Assembly: GCA_050084985.1 (NCBI GenBank)
Contig: JBITNC010000001.1
Coordinates: forward strand, 81,778,001-81,842,000
Length of the DNA: 64,000 nt
Source: Nageia nagi
Taxonomy: Eukaryota > Plantae > Pinophyta
Reading direction: 5' to 3'
Positions 39,401 to 54,400 of this stretch are shown in pieces (positions within the stretch are counted from its first letter, which is position 1; every line of letters starts with the position of its first letter). Made by a program: the position numbers and the translations under genes. The notes under the pieces were generated by a model, which saw only the letters and a list, made by a program, of their open reading frames with translations, was not told where the DNA came from and searched no databases.

Positions 39401-42400
39401 GATTTATGTGATTCTACTTTCTAGAATTGAACCAAATAAAATGTTTAATTTTGTAATACCTTCTTTTTCTGCTACTCAAACACGGCAGATGACAAAGAAA
39501 GAATTTGTATCTACATCCTTAAGTGACCAATGTAGGTCGGTGGAACTCAAAAGTACAGTTACTATTCTAAAGTATTATGATACAGAGAATCCCAATAGCA
39601 AAAAAAATCAACTCAATATAAACAATAAAAACTGAAAAGATGATTGCTATTAAAAGAAAACATTCGGCAACAACAGCAATGCCCATTTTCTCTACCACGC
39701 ACCTCATCAACTATTCTCTCACCATCCATAAACGAGACTTCTGACAATGAAGCTGCTAAGCGATTCAACTGCAAGTTAGTTAACATTGCCAGCTTATCCA
39801 CAGACCTTAGGATGTTTAGAACAGAAGGATTATTTAACTCTGTTAGAAGAACTCCACGAAAGTCTTCTCTTTTCAAAGCCCAGAGAGTACCATCTGTTAC
39901 AGCACAAACTGAAGCTTGACGTGGTTTGTTGTACCTGCTCCAAAGAAATTTAATCGAGACTTCAGTGATGGAGATAGGAAAGCTTTCTAAAACAATAAAA
40001 ACTTCAAAAGTAGAATTGGAAATGATTAAACAATAAAAACTTCAAAAGTAGAATTGGACATGATTAAACAAGAAAAACTTCAAAAGTAGAATTGGAAATG
40101 ATTAAACAAATCTTACATCAGTGCTAACTCCCCAAAGCATGAAACATTGCTAGCGCTGTAGCGGTTCACAACGGTGCCAAGCTCCTCCGAAGGGCTATCT
40201 TCCTGTCATTCATAAAGTGGATCCTTGAAATCATGTCTTGAAAAAGTTTTTTAATGTGACTTTAAGAATACAAAAAATATAATCAGTATTCAAGTGTATA
40301 AAAAGGATAAGTATGATTTCAAGGAACAGCAAGTAAAATTGAACAAAACGTACTTTTAACTGGCAACTAGAGGTAATGCGGTCTAAGTACACAACCTTAT
40401 ATATTACTTGTAAGATTGTAACCATGAAGCTGGAAAATAATTGCCTACATTCTGGAAGTGGTAATGGACTAAGGAAACTCGGACCAGAATTAAGGCATGT
40501 TGAGAAAAAGTAAGACTGCTTATATTCACATGCTGAATTCCCTGATTTTGATGAATATTACTAAAATCTCCATATCAGCTGTATTGCAAACCCAAAGTAA
40601 ATGTTAAATTGTGCATGAGCTAGTAAAGATAGGACCATATGCTCATGGAAGATGAAGATTTTGAAGTTTGCCAACCACTAGTTGACAAACAATGGCCTAA
40701 TGTTCTGATACCAATTAAAGATTTTGGAGGCTCAAGGCTATAAGCTCTGATACCAAATGAAGATTTGATAGTCATGGACACAAAGCACTGATGCAAATTG
40801 AAGAAAGAGAATTTCCGGACTTTCAAGCAGTTTTAGACAAATAAAAGTTGCCCAAAACGTGAATTTAACCTTATATTTGGATAGAAGACAAAAATATCTT
40901 TCCAACGGTTACTCACACGCCTGAAATGGACTTCCCGATCTCCTAGAAAGTGAATTTGAAGTTTCCGAACAGAAAAGAAAACAACTTTACCAGACCTCAA
41001 AAAATAATGCAAAACGAAAATGCTGGAGTTCCGGGTTTTGGGTTGACTAGGGCTTGTCAGAACTCTGGAAAAGTCAAAACTAAGTTTGGCAGAGTTTTTT
41101 CTAGTTCCAAGCACTTGAACTCCGCCGGATTTCCAGGAAAGTTGAAATTTCGGGGAAAACTGAAATTCCAGAAAAATTTACTGGTTTCTAGGGCCGAATT
41201 TGGAGGGCTGTAACTTTGTCATATCTTAACGAAACATAGCACTATGACCCATCAAAATGATTAACGTGAAATTCTCTATTCAATGGTGAAGTTTCGGAAA
41301 AATGTTAAGGAGGACGGAAGGGTCAAAAGTGGGCTCGAAGTAAAAGACTCACGGAGCTCACTGAGCAAAGCTACGAAAGAGCAGGTTCAGAGATTATGGT
41401 TTCTGAGTGTGTTCCTTAAACAAAGTATAACATGTTATATATGGATAGAAAGATGTTGAAACCAGGAATCCAAATCAAAAGGAATCACATGAAAAGAAGG
41501 TCTATAACAAAAAAATATAGCCCTCGAAAGCAAATTGATCATGTACAAAGGCAGTTTCGAACAACCATAAATAACTACAAATCCATTGCTCAAAATAGGA
41601 AACAAACAAGTACCCACATAGTTAAAATGACCCTAAATAACTACCTATCACCATGGAAGAGACTCCTATAAAGATCCACTAGTGTTTTTTCATGCATACA
41701 AACCCGAAAATGGAAAACACACTATACAGCCACAAAGAATTGAAAGCTCCATGAATATACACCATGAGATGGATCAAATACTCTCTGTATTGACTAAAAT
41801 ACTTGTTACAAATATCATCTTCATGGACTACAAGTATTTGACTCTTTCACATACAAAATGTGATGGTTCAATGTAACAGAAACACCCATCACCGCCATGC
41901 ACAACATAGTGCAATGGTCCTCATACAACTAAGTGGTGCCACCAACACTCACGAGTCTACTTATGGACAAGGCAGACAACCATACAAACATGGTGTCATT
42001 AGGGCATCCATGGGTCTGCTGCAAAAGATAATACAACAACAACCATTCACACGTGGTGCCATGGGGCACTCACGGGTCTGCTGCAAAAGATAATGCGGCA
42101 ACAAAAACAGCAGCAACCTCAATGACTGAAAACAAATCAGCCATATATAGAAGATGAACTCCATGTGATCCATTCAATGGGCAACTACCAAGATTGAATG
42201 CTGAAGGTGCTGCAGTGGAGTGTGTCACAAGCAATGCCTAGGGCAATGGAGCATGTTGACTGCAGCAAGAAGGCAGATGGCTGGGCATGCTCACCCATGC
42301 TGGAGGATTCTGTCCAAATCTGATGCAGATTTTGTTGACCAGCAGCTGCATGGAGGAATACATGGACATGAATGTCTCACCTAACTTGCAATTTGAAATG

Positions 42401-45400
42401 GAGGGGATGCCCGCCAAGGAATATGCAACCCTCTTTGATTTTTCCACCAAATTACAAGATTTAAATTTGTTCCAAATAAATATTTGAAACATTACAATTT
42501 ATTGAAGAAATAAATTTCTTCAGAAGATTAATACCCTGCAAGAGATGCCCTGCCTGAAAGCTATACTGATGCTTGTTTCCTTGTATTTTAATGCAAATCT
42601 CAAAATATAATTTAGAATATTTGAATCCTTTCTGAAGTTTTACACTGCTAGTAAAGATTTAATGGTCATGAAAAACACTTATCAAGTAATTCCTACATTT
42701 GGGCATGAGATTATCCTCTTCTAAAAGCTTTGTAGAGAACAGAGGTCCATAGGTTTCTCAATCCCATACTGCAAATTTTTCCTCTTTGTCAAAAACACTA
42801 TACCATTCTTTTATTTCTCATCCAAACAACACTACTGAAGCTCTTCATTCCCAAAACAGAGGACATATTCAACTTTTTGATGAATATAGATTTCTATTTA
42901 TTTTTCAAAAACTCGTTGGTTCTTTTGCTATATAGAGGAACCACATGATCAACGATTCAATGGTCAAGGGACCCAATGTCAGGCATTCACAAAAAAGGCT
43001 ATTTCAATGCTTTTCAAAAAAATCAAACCAAGAGAGCAATTGCCCTCCACGTTTGAGCTCTATCCTCCACATGGCCATCTTTCATGTTGTTGTCACAATT
43101 CACATTGTAGAATAAACAACGAGATTTGTCAGAAAGATGTTAATGTTTTACACTTTATGGAATATACGCCCAACCAATAGCTCCTCTTCACATTGTATCT
43201 AGAAGAAACATTAATAAGATACTTACGAGGACATATACTGCTCTTCTTTGAGTTACTTGGACTATACCATATGAAAGTTTTCCACAACAAATTCTCGATT
43301 ATCATTTCCACCTCAACTCAGAGAATAACACTGTCATCATCTCATGATGCACAAGAATAGATACATCATGGCCTGGTATTCCTTTAGGCCTACAGTAAAG
43401 CGCTTATCATAATTACAAATGCAACAACAATGCATTTAAACTTTCAAGAGAATGATAGAACTACAGATATGGTATGTTCAGCTAGAGGGGCAAAGACAAC
43501 ATGTCCAGGACAAAACACAATTTCATTAATAACTGACATCAACTATTATAATGCAGGTGGATGTGTGCTCACCTGTGAAATGATAGGGCCTAGTAGGAAG
43601 TCAAAAAAGTTTCCAGGAGTAGCTTCCAGCCATACCTTCAATCAACTAAAGTTTCCCAATTGCATAGAAAAGATTAATTTTTGACGACATCACATGATCC
43701 CCTAAAGTTTTTCAGCTTGGTCCCTCTTACAGGCAGTAAGTGGGCTATGACTTTCTCTGTGAGCAATAATCAATAACTGTGAAACATTGCATCTGTGTAC
43801 TTAGTCCTTTCATAAAAAGCTAGATGTTTTACAAACTTGATCTCACTTTGACTGTCAATCCCGAGTGGGCCACCTCCATGTTGGTAGGGTCTTTATATAG
43901 GCAGCCCACAATACCTATAAGTTACTATTCCTGCATCGAAGTACAGTGCTAGGATATTTGCTCATTACTGTCTAGCTAGACTAAGATTAGTTCAAAGGCA
44001 GGGACTTATGCGTTACCTTTTTTCCATTTAGAAAAGAGTGCATTGTCAGACCTTGCATCAGCTAACAAATGAATAATTTTATTCTCAGAATTCCAGCCTA
44101 TTATGAAATTCAAGGTAGATACAGTATCTTCAGATGCTGAAGACACAAAAGTCCTTGCTAGTTGTAATATGACATAAACCAGAAAGTGTCATTGTTCATA
44201 TGGAGTAAATTCACCATGGGAAGGGCCTATGTCTCGAGACTCTCAACAATCCAGTCTCAGATCCCATATACCGCTTGTCTATTATTTTTTTTCTGGCCTC
44301 CAAAAGTTTTTGGATATAAGTGCCAGAGCAACCAATCTCACCTCTGTAGACGAGATCAACAAGAATAAGGGTATGAGTGGAGCAGAGTTCTTGTAAGTTA
44401 TTCTCGGCCTTGATTGCTATGACTAAATGCTAACATCTATTTTAGCTGTCACTCTATCTCTCCTTATTTGTTATTACTCATAATTTCAGGATGTGTTTAG
44501 GCTTTTAATACTATCTCAGCATTCTTCATCTTGTATTTTTTAATTTCTGTAATTACAGTCTTACCTTTCATCAATTTTAATTTTTTTTCTATAAGTGAAA
44601 GAGAACTAATAAAATCTAGGCACCTACCTTACCTGGTAGGAGAGCACTCATGTGGAAACACATAAAGGGGTCACCTCCCACTTTGGCCTCAGAGTTGGGG
44701 ATAACTATGTGTACAAGCTCTCAACAGCCGCATCATCACTAAGTATGAGCATCATCCATGATATGCCCACAAAGCACCAGCATATCGCTGTAAGGTGTCA
44801 CCCTGATTTGAACCTTGGTGAGTGCCCAAACACCCTAAATAATCCAACTGGTCAACCAAGACCCCATTGACATCTTACCTTCAATCAGTTGTTAGTACAT
44901 TTCATTTCATTTATATGGTGTGAAGCAACATCCCCTTTCATTCAATTACATATCATAATGCTCCCTTAAGGAGGTGAAGACTTGAGAACATTTCATCTTT
45001 ACATGTTTTACTTATAACATGATCTGCAGGACATATTACTGTTTATTCAGTGACCAAGGTTAGATACTCACTACTTTTTTTCTATATCCTGATGAACAAT
45101 GTTTGGCCTTGTACCTTCAAGAAGCTATCTCTTACAAATGTATAACCTTGCAAAAGGCCTCTCCAACCACTAGATTAACCACCACCTTATTCCCTCCTCT
45201 TCTATTGGAGGGACTCTTATTGGAGGTTCTAAGAGTCCCTCAAATAGAAGAGGAGGGAAAAAGAAGGTGGTTAATCTAGTGGTTGGAGAGGCCTTTCCCT
45301 CAAATACTAGTGCTACTCATATGAGCAATAGAAAATCTATGGATCATTTTCTCTTTCCATAGAGATGGCTAAGTTCCCCACATTCTCTCTCTAATTTCGA

Positions 45401-48400
45401 TTACCACTATTCTTCAATGACAAGATCATTCTCCACTTATTGCCCACAGGCCAAGTGATGGAGACAGACATGCATCACAAGAGTTCTGACTTCTTCCATA
45501 GGTTCAAAGGTGTTGGATGATATGAGCATTGACAAAGAATATGATGCTTCTTCCACTAAACAATTATCTGTCAATCAACATTGATAAAATTGTCTTAGTG
45601 TGCCACCGCATATCATCCATGCCTCTGATGTTGTACTCAGTTGGGTTAATCAGTTTAGCTTTACTTTTTTGTTTCTAATGCTCCTTGCAGGCTTGTACAA
45701 AGTTTTATATCCAATCTTCTTTTAGAGTAGTATTAAGTTATTAACCTATGTTGGTCATCCATGTACACACACAATTTCTCTCTCAATTCTCCATAACCAG
45801 TTTCCACTGTCATGTTTCCTTGGTTTTGGTTTCCTACCACTTGCTTAATAAGGTTGCAATTTGGTAACAATAACAACATAAGTATAATAAATTCTTTCAC
45901 AGTTTCTCACACTACTCAGTGATGTGACTTGTCAAATCGAATTAGTTCAGACACCAGTCCCTTTAAACAGTCACATAAGTCGAAATGATATGATCTCTCT
46001 TGTCATAACCTTTCATAATATTATTAACCTTCATGATTCATTATAAATATATGAAATCAACGCTAAGACTCATTCTTTAACATTGTTGATGTTTTTAGGA
46101 TAAAAATTCACATTGGTTTGTTCATGAGCTGATTACTCCAACTGCTTGATTGAACATCTTTCCAATATGGTAATATATCTTATGTTTTACTATACAGACT
46201 TTTACCCACATGACTTGGATCTTTGTCTTCTCATTCGACCTTTTTATGATCTCTTTCACTTTCTCAGTTTAGCTAAGACTAGCATGAACATCTAATCTGC
46301 ATTTTGGCTACACTCAAGTATTTATCAGGTTAGAATTATAGTATAATCAAAAGGAAAATAATCAACAAGATGGATGGTAAGAAGATTAATCAAGCAATAA
46401 GAGGTGACATCTATTGGCAGTATATTCAGGTTGCATGGATTTATCTACCCCAAAATAGCCTTTTATGCTCAGCAAGTATTGGTGGTTGAGAGTACAATCA
46501 TCATTCACTCTCATTATATTGAACAGACCCTGGATTAATGATCTTGTGACTCCAATTGGCCAACTCCCATTTTGCTCGCCCCTGTTACAGGTGAAGATAG
46601 ACCATCACATTTGCAGGGATGACAAATGAGCATCTTGTCTTCAGCTGCCCCATTTATTATGAGATCCAAGGAAGATATTACTCTTTGGTTAGAGACAAAG
46701 GGGACTCACAAACTACCATCTTCCACTATCCTAACCAGCCTTGGTTTTACACCTTAAGGAAGTTATATCTCATAGGCATCACACTATTCAAAAGGTTTAG
46801 AAAACCACTAGATTTATCATTTACTTATTCCTTCTGTCTCAGCAAGAGGCACAAAGTCATCATTTGACAATATTGTGAACCACATTGACAAGGAGAGACC
46901 AATAAGACCTAGTCTCTTGTCTCCTGCTGATACTAGCGTTGGTACTACCCACTCCAGTTTACACTAGTTGGGGAGGTTACTCGCTTTTTTGTCACCAATG
47001 AGATAGTTGACAATTATGCATCCTCTAGTCTCTAGCTTTTCAGCATTTTTAGGTCTAGCTTTTCTTTTTATGTTATCATTTCAAGGGTTGTAAAAGTTAT
47101 TCCAATATATATTGCATATTGTCTAGGTTTATTTTAGCTTTAGCTCTATCTCTGGCTTTTGTTTTTAACTGTTTAGGCACTTTTTGAGCTCCTACAGAAT
47201 TTCGTATGCATGATTTTCATTGACATACTTTACTAAAACAAGCAAATTGATTTGATATCTTGTTTTCCTTCTCCTTTCTTTTGATCCATATTATATTTCT
47301 AAAACTCAATAGATTTCATGTCATCTTATATTCCAGTCGAACATATTAATCTGGTTATAACAAAGATCCTTAATTACACCAGATTCCCTTTGAAGCCTGT
47401 ACTGCAACTGGGGTTCTTTCTTGTCACCTGCTAGCAAATCTCTTGCATCACAAACCAGCTTTTGCAGTAACTAATTTTCCATTTTCAACAAAATGATAGC
47501 CACCTTTCTCTATAATATGCTCAGTCACAGTTAGAAAACATGTATATGTAGAATCATTTTCCTAGCTTCAGATTGTCATGGATGAAAACTGTGTTCAACA
47601 TCAAATGTAATGATTAGGTTTGTTAATGCCACTTATTTCATTATTTGATCAACAGAATTAACAAACTTTTCTGCATATAATCAGACAGAGGAATGACATA
47701 ATAAGAAATTCCATCCTCTCTCAGGCCATAGTAACTTGTATATTAGAATCTGTTTCTTAAAACAATAAAAAATCATCTACATTGGATTACAGAAGCATTC
47801 ATGGAACCACAAAAGGGAATTGTATCACTTGTGAATCTGTGATTCAGAAAAAAAACCACACAGAATCGGATCATAAATAGTTTAAAACAAAAAGAAAGGA
47901 TAAGAGAAAAAAGGGACTACACAGAAACCAAACTAGAACAAAATATATTTTCAACTCCAGAAAAAAGAGAACTGAATTCAACTCATGTGACTTCATTACA
48001 TCCTTAGCGATCAATTGCAGAAAAATTAGAACATATGCATTATCCATAAGCTAATTACTAATCAAGTGAGCCATGTTTCACATAATGATCAGGCATTTTA
48101 CCTTGGAAACCAATACATCAAATTCCCCCTTCTGAACAATATAGAAACAATCACCTTCTCCACCCTGCATGAATCCTTTCCAGAAAGAATCAATTTCTGA
48201 ACTTACAAGAAACACTGAATGGAAAGAATTAGCTAATCATTTTCAACAAGACCTATCTAATGAAATACTTTGAAGTATACATTTCCAATAAAGAAAAATA
48301 AATAAAGTTGACACAACTGTTTTCCATTTTTTGCATGTTTAAAACTTTGTACCCATTTATTTGATCTCTATTAGAATTTTCATGTCAATCTTGTATAACG

Positions 48401-51400
48401 ATAAACATTGTGTACTAATTTGCTAAATTTCATTATGAAAGGGCATTTCATATCAATCTTGTATAAATGATGAAAAATTTAAATAAAATTGTCTAAATGG
48501 CACAATAATAAAAGGCCGCTACAAATCATCAAAATAACTAAAAATGCAAGATGATGGATGAGTGGAATTCTCCTACAAAAAATTCTTGCTTCAGCTAATG
48601 TTCAAAATTGTTTTAAAGTGAAGCAAACGCAAGTATGTTCCATCTTAATGATTGTTGTAGTATTCACTCCCTGCTAATTACCTTAAATTGCTAGTTATAG
48701 GCTACAGCTAATCAGCTTCTGAGTTTTCTCATCATCATTTCTACAATGAAGGCAAGGCAAAATATTCTCATGGCATCAAATCCTGAACTCCTAGGCAACA
48801 TGACAAAGAACTGAAGATAATGAAGTTTCTGAGGTCTGCAGAATTAATGCTTCTAAATTTTGGAAGGTTTTTAAATAGTGAATTTTGTAGCATTGAAATT
48901 TCTACATGGACCCCACTCCCTCCCTTTGGGAACTCTAGATGCAACCCAAATGTCCATCACTTAAAAGTGTGTGACCAATATCTTTAAGGAAAACATATTG
49001 GAAATGTGTTCAGGAGGTGAAATATTGTTTAATTGGCCTCGGGATTTCTTTTCTATTTTTTGCTTTTCTTACTTTTTCACTTTGCCATGTTCCTTCTTTT
49101 TCTTTCGTTTTTTTGCTTTCCATTCGTTAAAAAGTGTCCCAGAAATCTCAACCCTCTTTTCGTTTCTTCTTTCAATGGTTATGAAATCAAGAATCATGAC
49201 TTTCCACAACTTGTAAGTACCTAAACCATGGCCAATCACGTCTCTTAATGGTTTAATCAGCTCCAGAGGCCCGTGTTAACCATTACTGTGCAGTGAAATG
49301 TTTGAGCCTTCGGCAAGGTAACTATTTGCCTTCACACAACCCCCATCCTTTCAGCTATAGAATGGATGCTAACATTGGGAAAACAGAATTTTCAAAATAA
49401 ACATAATAAATTCCTCAGCCTTTATGATAGCCTACAATTTGTACAGGTCTAAATAGGCAAAACTCCTTAAGATTCTCATTGGATATCTTAGACAGAGTTC
49501 ACATGGTTGCAGATTCTAATACTTCAGTCTGTAAAGGAAAAGAACTTCCTAAAATAAGTGGATACAGATTTGTGGCTATAAATGATCTTTAAGCAGCTAT
49601 ATATTGAGCCTTGTGCTTCTATACTCAAATGTGCTTCCCACACCTTAAAACGTGTTTGACAAATGCAGCATCGTGAATGCTGGAAAACATATTTTAAGAT
49701 TTGAAATGGCTGATACCAGTTAGAGTGGTACAAAGAGGTTTTAAAAGAAGACTTTATTTATCTACATATAAATAGATATGTGAAGATTGTGTAAGCTAGC
49801 CACACTTGCATAAGGACTATAACTACAAACACACATCTACAGGTCCTGTGGTAAATTCCATGACAGATAGCACAAAATACACTTCAATGATTATATCTGA
49901 TAGGAATGAGGCATTACTGAATGACTCGGCTTTGGAGATCTATAAAGAAAACCTTCAAAGGAAGAAAATCAAAAATGAAGAGGCAATCCATTTGATAATG
50001 ATTCCAGAAGAACTCTTGCTGTCACAAATACTTGAAAACTATGGGAAGCAAAGAGTTTGGAAAGACTGGTGCAAAATTTGAGAAACTTATTGTATAGAAG
50101 GACAACAGATTCAATACAATCTAGATATGTTCAATTTCACTTAAAGAGGACTGCGGCACAACGTTTCATACAATGACCAAGATGACTACTCATGTATAGA
50201 TCACAGAACTGTTTACTGGATTCCACATTTCCTCAACTACAGATCCAAGCTCCAGGGACAGGTATTAACATGCAACAACATTCCAAGATTATGTGCTTGC
50301 AGGTATTTGGCTAGTGTTATATCCCAAGCCTTCATAAATCTTACCATCTAGTGCTTATGACGTGTTCAAATTTCAAACTAGTTAGAATTTAGCATACTTA
50401 TCCCTGAAGACTAGAGACCATAATCCTTCCACAAATTTAACATGACACTCATAGATAAGTCCAAAACAACACTTCAATAGTCATAGTGACAGAAAGAGAT
50501 GCGCATGATGGTAAAACTTGGATAAGATTGAATAAATACAGATAATTACCCAATTGATTGATTATGGAAAATATGAAATAGGGTTGTCTCTACACCCTCT
50601 AAAATTTGCAATAATTTGCATCATACAAATATCGGCCCAGTGCCTAGCCCAAAGGTCGGCTTGGTCCCAAGATAAGTTTCAATAATCTCATAAACAATAT
50701 TACAAAAGCAATGCTCCATTATACTAATTATCAAATCCAATACAATTAGCAACTATACACAAATGATGGTGAAAGGTGTCATTGTAGTAACACATTCTTT
50801 AATGACTACTTTTAAAATCCAAAGCATCTTTCATGGTTGCACAACCCTTGCTCTTCCAGTGCTCTGCTGAAGATCTCATCCATCTTCTGCTTCATTAGGA
50901 TACATTAAAATCAAGCCATACTCTCTTGCATATGCTGCCAAATCCTCATTCATTCTCATGACAACTGAAGTCTTCTTATAACCACAATTCATGTCCATGC
51001 TGAAAGAAAGGCAACAAATAAGAGGCTCTAGCTCCACAATATTGCAATCCAAATAGAATATTCTAGTCTCACCACCTCCAAATATCACCTTGAAGACCAT
51101 CATGAGACTCAACTAACTCAAATGACTCGTGCCTCTCTATGTTAATCAATTCTAATTTCTAGCATAATGATTCTAATGAGGCTTCCTGAGTAGTAGTATA
51201 TACACTCTCTGAAATATCTGCTTGATTCTCTCTACAAATTTCACTACTTTACTGGAATCCAGCTCTTTAGATCTTAATTTTTTGCTCCAAAACTGCATAA
51301 AAAATATGTGTTTGTGGCAAAAAAAAATGTTTTGAATAGAGATGAACTACTTGAATGACTGCTCTCTTACAGAGATGTTTATGCAAACTCCAACTCTTAG

Positions 51401-54400
51401 GATTCTTTTGATTATCTCTGTTTGGCAAATATATAAGAGCCCATTTAACTACTACAATCTAACAATTGTACTTTCTTTCACTTCTTATCAGTTATCACAC
51501 ATTTTTCATGCATTTATGGTGTACTTAGCTCTAATGTAACTAGTATAGCTTTGTTTTTTTTGTTCCTAGCACCTCGTTCCAGCCTGTACAATGCTTTACA
51601 TGCAATGGTTCATCCTTTAGAGTCACATTAATCTACTTTAGTCACTCGTGGACAAAATTAAAAAAACTATCTTCTTCGGCAGTAATGGCATTACCATCTA
51701 CTGATGTAGCCAACAAAGAGATCATGAAGTAGTAAAAAACAGACAAGGCAAGACAGATATGCTACCAAAACCAAATATTTTACACTATTCATTAGCAGGA
51801 GTAAATAATTGTAAAAGAATGAGTACAAATAAAGTGAAAATAGGGCAAGCGCATGTAAAATATCCTAGGACTAAGAATGAAGAGATCCTCATCTATCTTG
51901 TCCACATGTAATTAAAAAAAGCTCCAGGGAATTTGACTATGCAAATGAAAGATATTTACAAGAGCCCATGTGTAGTAGGCCACATGCATAATAGATATTT
52001 ATATAAGATGAAGATTTGAAACAATCATTATAATTGCAAGGTTGGAAAACTCAGACTTGGGACCTACTCGGCCAAGAAAAATTAGAGAGTACTCGGCAAC
52101 TCGGAAAGTACTCAGTAAAAACTCCCCCTAAGAAGATGATGAGCATAAGGTATTCTTCTTCTTATGCATTCAACAAGTACTAGCCTACATACTATACTGC
52201 CCATACAATGTAACAAGCTCACACAATGTCCCTCTTTTCTGTTACACGATGTGATCAGCCAATACAAGAAAATACATGAAGAAACACAGCCCAAATAGCA
52301 TCAAATGACGATAATGTTGGAGAAAGAAAGAAATATGTTACTAGAATAAGGTACGTATTGTGGACTGGTCTGCTCCACACATGGAGCAACCAGCCACAGT
52401 ATTTTCCCTCTTCTTCGCTTCTCTCCTTCCCAGATGGTTTTGATTTTTGGGATTTCTCTCTGTTCTCCTCCTCTATTTTCCAAATTCTTGGATTGTTTTT
52501 TTTTCATCAATTGATTGGAGTGGTGTAACGGAAACTCTCGCCTCTTGGACAGTTACACAGCCTCCACAACTCTTAGACTCATCCATTGCCATGGCTGCCA
52601 CTATTTTGCTCCCGTAACTGACTCCAACCTTTTTAACTCCCCTTTTGACATGTGTTGGGTCGTTACGACGGTTACAGATGAAGATCAACAGTCGTCAGGC
52701 CTTTAACAGCATTATCAGACCCTTTAACTGCATTGTCGTGCCATGATTTGTAAGGTCGGGGGTTTTAACAATGATGCCACACCACAAACTAATGATGTCA
52801 ACATCATCTTTGCTGCACTCCAGTAAATCTTCAACCAACACCATGCTGCGAAGTCATGATGTCAACAGTATCAATGCTACACCCCAGCAAGTCTCTTCAA
52901 CCAATGCCACGCCTTGAAGTCGTGATTTAAGCATCTTCTTTCCGCACTCCGGCAAGCCTCTTCTACCAACACCGCATCGCGAAGTCTGCATCTTCCCTAC
53001 TGCACTCTGAAAAGCCTCTTTTACCAACACTGCGCCACGAAGTCGTCACATCAACATCTTTCTTGCCGCAGTCCAGCAAGTCTTCCTCTACCAACGCTGC
53101 ACCATGAAGACGTAACATCAGCATGTGGTTTCCCACATCATGGTAGGTGTTTCCCATGGCAAGGTTTTCCGCCATGGCAAGTGTTTTCCTGACCCGAAAA
53201 AGGTTTTCAAGTTGTTAATTCTTTATTGATCCAATTTTCGGATCAATAAACTAGCATGATATGCTAAGGATGTACAACTATGACTTTATCCTCTAGATAC
53301 GAGGGCTCATAGACTTTTAGTTGGTTCATGTTAACGACATCGTTAATATTGAAACAGAAAGTAGGTCCAGGCAAAATGAGTTAAGACACTATTGCACATA
53401 CGATCTTTTAAGAACCATAAAGATTGGCTCCCAACTTTTAATGCTCCGCATTCTAGAACCTTCCTCTACAATAAAAACTTACAAAATCGCCCATAAAGAA
53501 GGAATGAAAAACTCAATAACAATCATGAGCTTGGCCTAACTATGCTGAAGGAATATTGCAAACTCAATCATGATTTTTTGCCAAGTTCTAAATTAAAGAA
53601 GAATCTTACACTGTTCCTTACGATAGAAGGTATATGGTGATACAAGTAACATGATAAGGATGAATAGGGTACCAAAGGTTCAACCCATAACAACTATGCT
53701 AGTGAACACATATGAGCTTCTCTCATTCCATTTCTCCCTTCTCTTTGCCAGATGCATGATTTGTTCATCCAGGGAAACAATTCCTTTTAGAATAATACCT
53801 TCTATACAGAGTTACAAATATTTATTTGCAGTTCCAACTATTATTTAAACTTTGGGCATTCTCCATTCTGGTTCCTAAGGTTTACAATCTCGTTTGTATG
53901 ATTCTGGAACAGTGTTACCAGCCTCCGCAAGTAATCAAAGAACTCTCCAATTCAATGAGTCAGGGCTGGCAAGAAACCCACACTTAACTTGTAAATGTTT
54001 TTCACGTGACTGAGTTTGACAAAGTGTTTCAATAGGTTGCAAGTTTTTGGTGAGTTTTTGCCAAGTCACAAGTTTTTTATTAGAAAATATATGTTTTGTA
54101 TTTTTTATTTGCTGGGTCCAAGTTTTGACTTCTAATCATTCATAGAAAGGTTATCAGACTCAACGAAAATGGAAAACTTGTTGAGTCACAAGCTGTGTCA
54201 GGGCTGGAAACTAACTCACACACAAATCACTATTTCACAAAGTTTGATCAATTTTTGGAAATCTTTACATTGAGTAACAAGTTTTTGACTAAATTTTTCC
54301 AAGTCGCAAGTTTATGCCAATTTTTCTTACAAACCCCTTTTTAATCTTATTTCTTTGTCAAGTTTTTGCTGAATCAAAAATATTACACTCCAGAACATAT

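Noticed and set aside
49850-50360. Copia gag-like remnant (KNEEAIHLI...LLSQI...VW)
   Set aside because: Similarity is too weak to call without a search.
50574-51700. Possible intronic solo LTR
   Set aside because: No TG..CA pair with a matching TSD could be fixed.
53222-53250. 11-bp stem hairpin tttattgatcc/ggatcaataaa as a terminator
   Set aside because: Intrinsic terminators do not apply in a eukaryotic intron, and the stem is short and AT-rich.
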